A DNA stretch of 61,150 nt, the filler included, from Nemertoderma westbladi (lineage: Eukaryota > Animalia > Xenacoelomorpha), in the NCBI GenBank assembly GCA_032718475.1. It is 3 parts of 3 records of this genome, joined end to end, with 100 filler letters (N's around TTAATTAATTAA, not from the genome) between each part and the next. Parts side by side here need not be neighbours in the genome. Positions count along the whole stretch, not along the records: positions 38,931 to 61,150 come from JAUCBJ010002954.1; 2 more parts are not named here. The stretch is one strand, 5' to 3'. A model generated the notes under the pieces. The model was not told the origin of the DNA. It did not search any database and saw only the letters and a program-made list of their open reading frames with translations. Shown piece after piece: positions 49,945 through 61,150 of the stretch. The translations under genes were made by a program, and so were the position numbers. Each line of letters opens with the position of its first letter. The stretch's first letter is position 1.

Positions 49945-50667
49945 GAGTCGGAATTTGTAGTGTGCGCTATGTACTGTACTTACTCTTGAAGCTGGAGATT
50001 TAGTCAACTTGATTTTTATGTAAATTGCAAAGTACGAGATGCAGCATATCACGCAGGGAGTATAGAGAAACAGAACTTCGTTTGCCAAGAGAAGATACCA
50101 CTCTTGCCTAATTTCACTGACGCAAATCCCAAAAGTTGGAACCAATAAATAACCCATGTAGAGATCCAGCCATTTTAGAACCATTATACCTCCATCAATA
50201 ATGACTACAATTACAAACCAAATAACGGCGCACTTGAATCTGGTGAACACGACGTTGTAAGTCGAGGGTGCGAAAACGGCGGTGAATCGATTCACAGCGA
50301 TGATGCACTGCCCGAGGATAGTGGCAGAGGACAGCCAGACCGCGTACGGTGTCCACCATCTACAGTGGGAGTCGGCGGCGGCGAAGTGTTCCGGTAGAAT
50401 AGATCGCGTAGGCCCGAATAGCATCATCTGGATACCTTGGAATGGGAACGCGGTGATACAGGCGAGGCCGTCTGTGACGGCTAGAAGGGCGACCAGGATG
50501 TAGGTGCCGTGTTTGTTTAATTCCGGCGAATAATATACGACAACGACCGTAACAACGTTTCCGATACCAAGTAGCATAGGTAGCACTATCATCAGATACA
50601 TGCTGATTTTAAAGTCGAGCCCCAAAGTCACCGAATACTTTAGAGTATCATTGATATTAATATCCAT
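49945..50667 (-). CDS. Class A (rhodopsin-like) GPCR exon 1 (TM1-TM5)
   Basis: GN (TM1), LAVTD (TM2), Cys at the top of TM3, AVNRF (DRY variant), W in TM4, P..VI..SY in TM5. Donor GTAACT at 49944, phase 0. Spliced product 326 aa. Confidence 0.85.
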
Positions 50668-52821
50668 TTTGTGAAATTAAACCCGCCAATCAAGCGTATT
50701 ATGTCGGGGTCAAACGGATGATGGTAGAAAGTGTAGTAAATTTTCCATCAACACCCTACTGTACATATATAACATGTCATAACATGTATTTAAATAATTA
50801 GTTCCTTATTGAATTTTTAGAATTTCGGCATTTTTAAAGTACTGTTTATATTGGTGGCACAATGAGACGGTAGGAATGCCGAACTTTTCAGAAGATGATT
50901 CCTTTTCTTGATTGGGCAATGTGATCAAATTAATACACAACATGTTTTTACCGCACATACAGTAGTACTGCTCTATCAATATCACTCCATATTGTTTGTG
51001 TGTTATCAGATAATTAATTATCCTTTATAAATATATTTCAAAACGTTTTCAGTTCCACACTATAGTTAAAGGACGCCATTATTTATCATATATATGTAAA
51101 TAAATATGTAGCACGTACCTACCTACATGGTAAGAAACCTCACTCAATAAATAGTTGATATTAATTGAATTCATTGGGATTCAGGAAGTCGGGAATTCAA
51201 GTAGTCAGGCGGTTAATATTAAGAAATATTAATATAGGAAAAACTCGAAACAAACGGATCAAATCAGCAGTTTTTTCAGATCAAAGTTTTAAGAAATTAT
51301 AGAATAAAATGCTACTACAGCTCGAATGCCTGTGTGCTCTTCCGACTGAGGTAACATTTCGCACTTTAGTAATATCACTAATCTAGTGATGCTATGTACT
51401 CCCACTACGTACACAAAAGTAACAAACTAACCACCCCCCCAAACCACTAAACACAGGGATTATGGAATTTGCGGTCATTTAGCGCCTTTGTCTCCGGAGG
51501 TTAGCGCGTACTGTACTGGGCTCAGACACCGAAACGCAACTACTGTATATTTTTGATAAATTTATTATTTTTGCCCTAGTTCTATCCCTTTTGCCCTTGT
51601 CAAAATGTCCTATATTTTCTTATAGAATATATACAGTAGGCTTAGATTAGCTTCCGTGCAGTTTACTATCGGTATCATTTCCTGTAGTGTATTGTGGTTA
51701 TGTTTAGGGTTAGGGTTGTGATACTGTACTTACCCCCTATGTGTTAATCATGTTAGCATGTTAATACTAGGCAGACAGCAGGCAGACAGGCAAACGGGCT
51801 GACAGGCAGACAGATCAGATTTAACCAAAAATTAGAACTGACATCGAAAATGAAATCACCGATCTCAAAATCACCAATAACGAAAATTTTATTAATGTCG
51901 TGTGTTTTACTAAAATATGATGGTCAAACTAACACATTTTTTGACGGACATTGTGACAGACATATTAGATTTTGCCTCAGCATGAAAACTGATATCTGAA
52001 ATGAAATCACCTCAAAAACCCCCGAGCTAAAACCCCATCTGTTTGCCTCTTTAATTGTTATTTTAAGAGGCATAAATTACCATTTTAATTATTACAAAGT
52101 CAGATAGACAATTTTGCGCGGAAAGGATTAAAAACTTTAAATGCATTTTAATGGTCTTCATTATTTCTAGATTTTTGAATTTTCTAAATTATTCAAAATG
52201 CTACTCCTCCACCATTTCTCAATGGATTTCGATTCTGTTTTTTTGTTCTGCTCATACATTCAATAAGAATATAACACTTTGACCGAATTTCGAAATTCGA
52301 CTTTGTTCTCATTTTATAACCAAAAATGTAGTCACATGTATGAAAAATGTCAATTTTCTAAATTTTGAATTACGAAAAGTGCCCTAATAATTCCAGCAAA
52401 TTCCACCAAAGATTGAATGAGGAGTAGTGTTTTAGACGACTAACCAATGAAAATTGACTTTTTTTTGTCATCAGCCAATCAGAAACGAGTATTTTGAGAT
52501 TTTGACTACATAAATTTTTTTTGTTCGCGGTATTTCAACTTTTTATAACGCGAGTTGAATATTTTTTGTATTAATTTAAAATGATTATTCCGATATTACT
52601 ACTGGGTGCGGGACCATGGGTTTTGGGCACATTCTATAAACTGGGGGCGATTTATGGGCGAACTTTGGGGCGACTTACAGGGTATGGGACTAATTTCATG
52701 TTTATAAGGGCCAAGGGGGGATGGAAAATTCAAGCAGTATTCAGGTTAGCCTGATTACTATTAGGCCCTGGCCAACTTCCTGCTGCCTGTAGAGGTGGAT
52801 TTGGTAACGCGCCAGGCCTAA

Positions 52822-53645
52822 AGGACAAGGACTGCCCTTAGCGGTCTCTGGCCAACAGCAGTTATTACGAGCCTGAAAAGGACATTGGAACGCCAGCTGC
52901 TTTTGTCAGGGACTTGCGACGGGAAACGACACGACAGACCCCTAGCCAAGCCGTACTGGTTCTCGATGATCGTTCCCTTCGGGGTTCGTGAGGGGTGGGA
53001 CGGACACGCGAAAGGGTCTACCGACTAACAGAGGAAGGGTTTGACGAGGACTGCCCTTAGCGGTCTCTGGTCAACAGCAGTTATTACGAGCCTGAAAAGG
53101 ACATCGGAACGCCGGCTGCTTGTACCAGGGATTTGCGACAGGACCGACGACAGACCCCTTAGCCAAGCCGTACTGGTTCTCGATGATCGTTCCCTTCGGG
53201 GTTCGTGAGGGGTGGGACGGACACGCGACGGGGTCGAAAGACAAAGGACTGGACTCTACCGGCCTACCGACTGTTCGGAGCAGTTTCTCGGCTGCCGAAG
53301 CGACTACGAGCCTGAAAGGGACTCGGAAAGCCTAGGTGGTTGGGTTTCTGCGATGAACCGACGGACCCCTAGCCAAGCCGTACTGGTTCTCGATGATCGT
53401 CCCCTTCGGGGTTCGTGAGGGGTGGGACGGACACGCGAACGGGTCCACCGACACGACAGACTCCTAGCCAAGCCGTACTGGTTCTCGATGACCGATCCCT
53501 TCGGGGTTCGAGAGGGGTGGTACGGATACGCGACAGAGTCTACCGACTGGACCGACCCTTAGCCAAGCCGTGCTGGTTCTCGATGATCGATCCCTTCGGG
53601 GTTCGGGAGGGGTGGAACGGACACGCGACAGGGTCGACCGACACC
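52822..53645 (+). ncRNA. Candidate tandem array of structured RNA motifs (modules B-A-B-A-B'-A-A-A)
   Basis: Five ~84-nt A units with covarying outer stems, kink-turn consensus and cUUCGg loop; three B units with a conserved GAAA hairpin junction. Transcription not demonstrated. Confidence 0.55.
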
Positions 53646-54304
53646 GACACTACGGCATCAAGACTAGGACCGAGGGAAAATCTGGGGAACATTAGTTAGG
53701 CTAAAATCTGAGCGAACAGTGGGTAATTAAATAATATACTGTAGGGATTTATATTGTCGTGTATAATTATTGTGAATATTTGGTGTATATTGATTTGGGG
53801 AAGCCCAAAATTATTCTCAATCAGGATTGTAACAGGATTGTACATTGTTACAGGATTGTAACACGATTAACTACATTAAAGGATATATCCAACCAATGCA
53901 GCTTTTTCTCAACCGCAATCCTGCATCTAAGAAATTCCTCCTTCTCCACAATCAATATCCGGTGACTGGCCGGGACTCCGTGGTCTGTAAAGCCCCGCCT
54001 CCAGCATCGGCGTTTTTCCCCCCTGGTGTCGGGATAACGGCAACATTTTTTACTACCCATTTTGTTGCCTTTTACTCCATATAATGTTTTGCTAGCATCA
54101 AGTTAAGTTTTTATAGTGAATATGAAGCTTTTTCAAACCCTTCCTTAATGTCCTGAATTTATGTTTTTTTGGTGTTTATCTATTTATTGAACCTTTGATG
54201 TAATATTATGGTTTTGTTCAGAAATGGAAAAAATGAGAAAGCGCCTCACCGGGGGTTGAACCAGCACTATACGTACGTTTCAGCCTATCAGGCCTCATCA
54301 GTAG

Positions 54305-56659
54305 TGTTAAGTGCAATCCCAAATCCCCCGAAAGGGCAGAATTAACCGAGATCAAAACTGAGGGAAAGCTATCGCTATTGCGAGTAAATGTTTTAATTCA
54401 ATGGTGGAGACCTCAACACCTTTTTACAGCAGCGCTCACAATAAGTAAGTTCAATAGATATTTGTCGTTCGATTTTGGCAGGCAGTAAAGGCTAACATAT
54501 AAAGTACTGTAAAACACCAGCAACCAAAACAATAAACCAAACCTATATCAGAATGTACAGCAATTATGGCTGAAAATTCGTAATTCATGCTAGACCAGTA
54601 GGCTCTTCTAACTAATCCCAAAACGAGCAAATACTAATTTTTATCTTTCAAAATATGTATAAACAAATAAATAAATTTTATACTTACAACAGTTTGGTTG
54701 TCAATCTATACGGAATTTAGGATACTAGGGCTGAGAAAGAAATAATTAAATGGCCTAACTATTTTACCATCCCAAATGTTCCCTCAGCGCTATAATAACC
54801 ACCAATTTATCCGTAGGGCCTAAGAATGATCACAAACTATCTAAAATAATTATTAGAAAATTAGTAAGTTAGAATTCCTAACGTGTTATGGTAGACCTAG
54901 CTACCGGTCTGCCGGTACATGAATTATAAATCAATATAGGGGCCTCTGAAAACTATAATCTAACCCCTTCACCAATTGGCCTACAGCCTTAGTACTCAGG
55001 GGCAATTGATTGACAGTTACTAATCCAATTTTAGCGAGCCCAAACTTATGCCTAATGGTTCGATCAACTTCCCTGATAGTCCAATTTTTGCTTCCGTATC
55101 GCCACTGATGTCCCACATCCCATTGCCGGCCTCACCGCACCGCAGCTAATCTTAGCCGGACATCGCGAATGTTTTCGATAATTGACTCATGTCAGAATGC
55201 GATCTGATCCGTTAATCAGGAACAACAATGTTATTGAACGTGTTCTAATCGACTAAGACATTATATTGAATATCGTATCACAGTATCACAGTTTTATATC
55301 AAACACATCCAGACATCTGAATGCAAAACAACACTGTCAAAATTTAAATACACGTCCAAATGTAAAAGATTAAACCATATAACGTACCGGTACTGCGGTA
55401 CTTAATGCAGTAACAGAGTAATGAATGAATATATATAACTTCAATTCTACATTGAAACAAGCATAAAGAATTCAAAGGCTGTCATTGGCTAATCATGTTT
55501 AAAAAGCCTTAATTTGAAAATACCTCCAGCAGGGCTTAGTTATACTGTACTGTATAATAATAATAATCTGGAAATAATTATAGATACTGGACAATTAACC
55601 GACTGGTGATTTATCATATAATCAGGTAGTATTTCACATAATGAATCGTACAGTATTTCTACTGCAGTAAGTAAAGGAACTGAAACAAACTTAACTTTAA
55701 AGAGAATCCATAAGATTTTCGTTAATTCATATAGTAGAATATAGGTATAGAATATAGGTTTTATACTTTAAACGTACAGTAGAAGTTATCGGAACAATAT
55801 AACGATTATAAAATAAAATTTTTATACTCTTACCAAATACAATACACCGCTCCGATCAGACGTTTAACGCTCTGATCCCATCACCGGACATACCGAATAA
55901 ATCTAAAAACTACTATATAAAATTATGTAGAATATACTAGATTAATCTAAATTTATCAATATTTCAAAAGGACATACAATTGTATAACATACTACCTATA
56001 ACACAAAGATTTATCTGAATTATTTCAATTATTACATAAAATATCTAGCATAATAATAGGACTGACTTACACATTTTCTTAAAATATTGTAAGAGTCCGG
56101 TTCACTTTTAGTACCTTGTCAGGTAGTAACTACCTTTTACTAAGGCATAAATAATATAAATCGAATGAGTTAGTGAAATATTTGTTAACATCGTAAATAA
56201 ATTGAGGCTAATATATGATTAGGTAAGCATATAAGACGGTAAGCATATAAGACGGTAAGCATATAAGACTTATTAAAAAAAAATACCAGTGCGACGATGG
56301 TATTGGTTTCCAGGATTTAAAGGGCGCAGGGTTTGTTGTAGTATTATCTCGTTGACACATCCCAAGGTTACAGTAAGAATGACTAGGTAAATATATGATC
56401 GCCTTGAGCATAAATTCTTCGCTCTCGATCGCATTAGTTTGATTTGTGTCTGAAATGGGTCAAATATTAGGATCTCAAACCCCGCCCTAATCCTGGTATT
56501 GCAATCGGCAGTGACAACGTCGGTCACATCCAGCCCAATCGCAATTACTTCGCATCGAACGCTCGTATGGGATTTGTGTATTCTGGAATTCTTTGAGTTT
56601 CTTACTGTTCCAACTCCGCTGGTGGCCGGTATCAATGGGAGTTCGGGTAGAACCTTTCA
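54305..56659 (-). mobile_element. Putative very long 3' LTR of a BEL/Pao element
   Basis: 54305-56484 is repeated almost exactly at 58989-61150. Both copies end in ...TTAACA on the minus strand. PPT-like AAAAGGAGGGGGGGA followed by TG at 56659 is the inferred start. Confidence 0.5.
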
Positions 56660-57588
56660 TCCCCCCCTCCTTTTCCACTCATCAACCATCAGATGGCGCA
56701 ATATCTTTTCTGTATCGCCCAGATATTTCGATCGCATCCACAGATCAAATCGATGGGGTAGGTCAACAGGTTCTTATGCGGTACCATCCTGTAACTAGTA
56801 ACTTATAGAAAGATTATTGATGGATGGATGAATGGCAGGTACAGTATCACAAACTTTCAGCTAAGCCTGGGTTTACCTCCATCAGTTCAGCGTTTGTCAA
56901 CCAATTGATATTAAATTATCTTATTCTAGCGCTGACCCCAAATTTTGACATTTGCGAAACAAAATCATTCGCTTTTTTATATTACTATCTAAGAAATTTA
57001 GAGAGAAATTATGTCAATAAAGTGTTAATCAATAAAGAGATATCTTGATTTTGGGATCTGTCTCCCCTTCTACAAAACATGTTTTAAACATACCCCTAAG
57101 ACAGCTACAATACCTGTGCCAATATATCTGTGAGACCCTTTTTTTTTGATAAAATAATTTAATGTTACAGCCTCCAGATGTAGTACTCCAATCTTTTTGA
57201 CACAAATTTAAAGTTAAATAAATCAACTAGTTAAAATTATTTAACTTTTTTGTAAATATATCAGGGAGCGTGTGAGCTGCCTCCCCCTCAATGCCCCCCG
57301 GACAGCGCAAGATCCTCAGCGCTGTTGTACTGTCGCCGCTGTGCCTCTCGCCAACGTCGTAGCTACACAACGACAACAATAACCAGCGCGAGTCACTCCA
57401 CTGTCCGTCCCAAGGGCTTAGAATTACTTCAAATTCAAATGGGATGTAATAAATAATAAAAGTGTTGTCGGTATTCCAGTACACAATAATCCGCTCCTAT
57501 GTGTAATCGGACGTAATCCGAAATACACATAACAGACACTGGAATATCGAGCACTAGAACACCACAGTAAAATAAAGTACACTTTATT

Positions 57589-58431
57589 TTACTTTGTCTT
57601 CTTGGAGGTTTTTACATTTCCTATCTCATATAATTTGTGGGAAGTATAATCACTGGGTTTTTTAAAGATTTTGTAGTCTCCAGTCTGACAACGTGACTCT
57701 TCTAATAAAACGAGATGTTGCACTGGTCTAGTTACTACATGTTTGTCTAGTGTTCTAACTGTCACAGTTCGAACTGTTCCGTCTGATCCTGGATGAACCG
57801 CTATTACAACACCTGTTAACCAGTGACGCCGTTTTAGGTTCGCCTCGGCTAAGAGAACAGAATCTCCTTTACAAAGATTCCTTGTTGTTTGATACCATTT
57901 ACTTCTGGCTGAAATAGTGGGCAAATAGTGTTGTCGCCATATTTCCCAGAAGTTATCTGCTAACAATTGTACGATTTTCCACGCTTTCCTGGAGTACAGA
58001 TCGCTGTCATCTGGGACAGAGATTGGTACAAGTGGTGCGGGAGATTGCATTAATATATGGTTTGGTGTCAGGGCAATAACGTTGTCTGACCTGTCTGGCA
58101 CCAGTGCAATCGGTCGAGAATTCAAAGTATACTCGATCTCTGTGAAAAGAGTCACTAGTTCATCGTCTGTGAGTACTTTGTTCGGTGGGATGGTCTTATG
58201 GAACGCCAATTTTATGGATCGTATAAGACGCTCCCAGCTACCGCCTCTCCAGGGGCTGTCAGCCGTGTTAAAGTTCCATGTGATACGACTGGGTATTAAT
58301 TCGGCAGCAATTTTATCATGGTCAATAGTATTAAGAGATTTATTAATCTCGTTGTCCCCACCGACAAAGTTCGTACCTTGGTCACTATAGAAAGCCTGAA
58401 CCAACCCGCGTCTGGCTATGAACCTCAACAC
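57589..58431 (-). mobile_element. BEL/Pao retrotransposon integrase C-terminal fragment
   Basis: RFIARRG, YSDQGTNFVG, SPWRGGSWERLIRSIK, LNSRP, LTPNH, FWEIWRQHYL, HPGSDGTVR, RPV: BEL/Pao integrase core plus the C-terminal (DUF5641-type) region. Confidence 0.92.
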
Positions 58432-58990
58432 CTTTTTACAGCAGCGCTCACAATAAGTAAGTTCAATAGATATTTGTCGTTCGATTTTGGCAGGCAGTAA
58501 AGGCTAACATATAAAGTACTGTAAAACACCAGCAACCAAAACAATAAACCAAACCTATATCAGAATGTACAGCAATTATGGCTGAAAATTCGTAATTCAT
58601 GCAAGACCAGTAGGCTCTTCTAACTAATCCCAAAACGAGCAAATACTAATTTTTTTATCTTTCAAAATATGTATAAACAAATAAATAAATTTTATACTTA
58701 CAACAGTTTGGTTGTCAATCTATACGGAATTTAGGATACTAGGGCTGAGAAAGAAATAATTAAATGGCCTAACTATTTTACCATCCCAAATGTTCCCTCA
58801 GCGCTATAATAACCACCAATTTATCCGTAGGGCCTAAGAATGATCACAAACTATCTAAAATAATTATTAGAAAATTAGTAAGTTAGAATTCCTAACGTGT
58901 TATGGTAGACCTAGCTACCGGTCTGCCGGTACATGAATTATATCAATATAGGGGCCTCTGAAAACTATAATCTAACCCCTTCACCAATTG
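58422..58990 (-). repeat. Partial extra copy of the LTR-like repeat (equals ~54411-54978)
   Basis: Direct sequence identity; joins the integrase fragment through ACCTCAACA. Confidence 0.9.
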
Positions 58991-61150
58991 TTAAGTGCAA
59001 TCCCAAATCCCCCGAAAGGGCAGAATTAACCGAGATCAAAACTGAGGGAAAGCTATCGCTATTGCGAGTAAATGTTTTAATTCAATGGTGGAGACCTCAA
59101 CACCTTTTTACAGCAGCGCTCACAATAAGTAAGTTCAATAGATATTTGTCGTTCGATTTTGGCAGGCAGTAAAGGCTAACATATAAAGTACTGTAAAACA
59201 CCAGCAACCAAAACAATAAACCAAACCTATATCAGAATGTACAGCAATTATGGCTGAAAATTCGTAATTCATGCTAGACCAGTAGGCTCTTCTAACTAAT
59301 CCCAAAACGAGCAAATACTAATTTTTTATCTTTCAAAATATGTATAAACAAATAAATAAATTTTTATACTTACAACAGTTTGGTTGTCAATCTATACGGA
59401 ATTTAGGATACTAGGGCTGAGAAAGAAATAATTAAATGGCCTAACTATTTTACCATCCCAAATGTTCCCTCAGCGCTATAATAACCACCAATTTATCCGT
59501 AGGGCCTAAGAATGATCACAAACTATCTAAAATAATTATTAGAAAATTAGTAAGTTAGAATTCCTAACGTGTTATGGTAGACCTAGCTACCGGTCTGCCG
59601 GTACATGAATTAAAATCAATATAGGGGCCTCTGAAAACTATAATCTAACCCCTTCACCAATTGGCCTACAGCCTTAGCACTTAGGGGCAATTGATTGACA
59701 GTTACTAATCCAATTTTAGCGAGCCCAAAGTTATGCCTAATGGTTCGATCAACTTCCCTGATAGTCCAATTTTGCTTCCGTACCGCCACTGATGTCCCAC
59801 ATCCCATTGCCGGCCTCACCGCACCGCAGCTAATCTTAGCCGGACATCGCGAATGTTTTCGATAATTGACTCATGTCAGAATGCGATCTGATCCGTTAAT
59901 CAGGAACAACAATGTTATTGAACGTGTTCTAATCGACTAAGACATTATATTGAATATCGTATCACAGTTTTATATCAAACACATCCAGACATCAGACATC
60001 TGAATGCAAAACAACACTGTCAAAATTTAAATACACGTCCAAATGTAAAAGATTAAACCATATAACGTACCGGTACTGCGGTACTTAATGCAGTAACAGA
60101 GTAATGAATGAATATATATAACTTCAATTCTATATTGAAACAAGCATAAAGAATTCAAAGGCTGTCATTGGCTAATCATGTTTAAAAAGCCTTAATTTGA
60201 AAATACCTCCAGCAGGGCTTAGTTATACTGTACTGTATAATAATAATAATCTGGAAATAATTATAGATACTGGACAATTAACCGACTGGTGATTTATCAT
60301 ATAATCAGGTAGTATTTCACATAATGAATCGTACAGTATTTCTACTGCAGTAAGTAAAGGAACTGAAACAAACTTAACTTTAAAGAGAATCCATAAGATT
60401 TTCGTTAATTCATATAGTAGAATATAGGTATAGAATATAGGTTTTATACTTTAAACGTACAGTAGAAGTTATCGGAACAATATAACGATTATAAAATAAA
60501 ATTTTTATACTCTTACCAAATACAATACACCGCTCCGATCAGACGTTTAACGCTCTGATCCCATCACCGGACATACCGAATAAATCTAAAAACTACTATA
60601 TAAAATTATGTAGAATATACTAGATTAATCTAAATTTATCAATATTTCAAAAGGACATACAATTGTATAACATACTACCTATAACACAAAGATTTATCTG
60701 AATTATTTCAATTATTACATAAAATATCTAGCATAATAATAGGACTGACTTACACATTTTCTTAAAATATTGTAAGAGTCCGGTTCACTTTTAGTACCTT
60801 GTCAGGTAGTAACTACCTTTTACTAAGGCATAAATAATATAAATCGAATGAGTTAGTGAAATATTTGTTAACATCGTAAATAAATTGAGGCTAAGATATG
60901 ATTAGGTAAACATATAAGACGGTAAGCATATAAGACTTATAAAAAAAAATACCAGTGCGACGATGGTATTGGTTTCCAGGATTTAAAGGGCGCAGGGTTT
61001 GTTGTAGTATTATCTCGTTGACACATCCCAAGGTTACAGTAAGAATGACTAGGTAAATATATGATCGCCTTGAGCATAAATTCTTCGCTCTCGATCGCAT
61101 TAGTTTGATTTGTGTCTGAAATGGGTCAAATATTAGGATCTCAAACCCCG
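58989..61150 (-). mobile_element. Second copy of the LTR-like repeat (putative 5' LTR), runs off the window
   Basis: Near-identical to 54305-56484 with small indels. Confidence 0.8.

Noticed and set aside
51704-51717. Interstitial telomere (TTAGGG)2
   Set aside because: Only two units; compatible with chance.
52936-53636. CRISPR array or hammerhead ribozyme interpretation of the GC-rich repeats
   Set aside because: Units are ~84 nt with related, unequal spacers and no cas genes, in a eukaryotic context. CUCGAUGA...UGAG lacks the hammerhead CUGANGA/GAAA core and fits a K-turn instead. Resemblances to group II intron domain V (AGCCGUA...UACGG) and twister (CCAAGCC) are only a few bases long.
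56208-56800. Possible env-like or membrane-protein remnant in the BEL element
   Set aside because: Short Cys-containing and hydrophobic peptides are broken by stops, and the hydrophobic part derives from a 20-bp tandem duplication; no family motif.

Overview
Eukaryotic (animal, probably invertebrate) genomic DNA, AT-rich and repeat-dense, with two 100-bp scaffold gaps. Host genes: a 3-exon ATRX (ADD domain plus SNF2 helicase, about 1608 aa; splice phases checked by hand), an intronless NUP43, and a 2-exon class A GPCR on the minus strand. Most of the rest is mobile DNA: several RTE-type LINE copies, two other non-LTR RT remnants, a tRNA-derived SINE family, TTAA- (piggyBac-like), TA- (Tc1/mariner-like) and 8-bp-TSD (hAT-like) non-autonomous elements, an internally deleted DUF6729-like putative transposase between ~540-bp direct repeats, a rearranged BEL/Pao-type element with apparently very long LTRs, an orphan coiled-coil ORF cut by a gap, and several satellites. 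The most unusual signal is an ~820-bp GC-rich modular array at 52.8-53.65 kb. Its repeated units show compensatory base changes, a kink-turn, and UUCG/GAAA tetraloops on the + strand, i.e. a tandem array of structured RNA motifs that I cannot assign to a known family. All family assignments come from motif recognition, not database searches.
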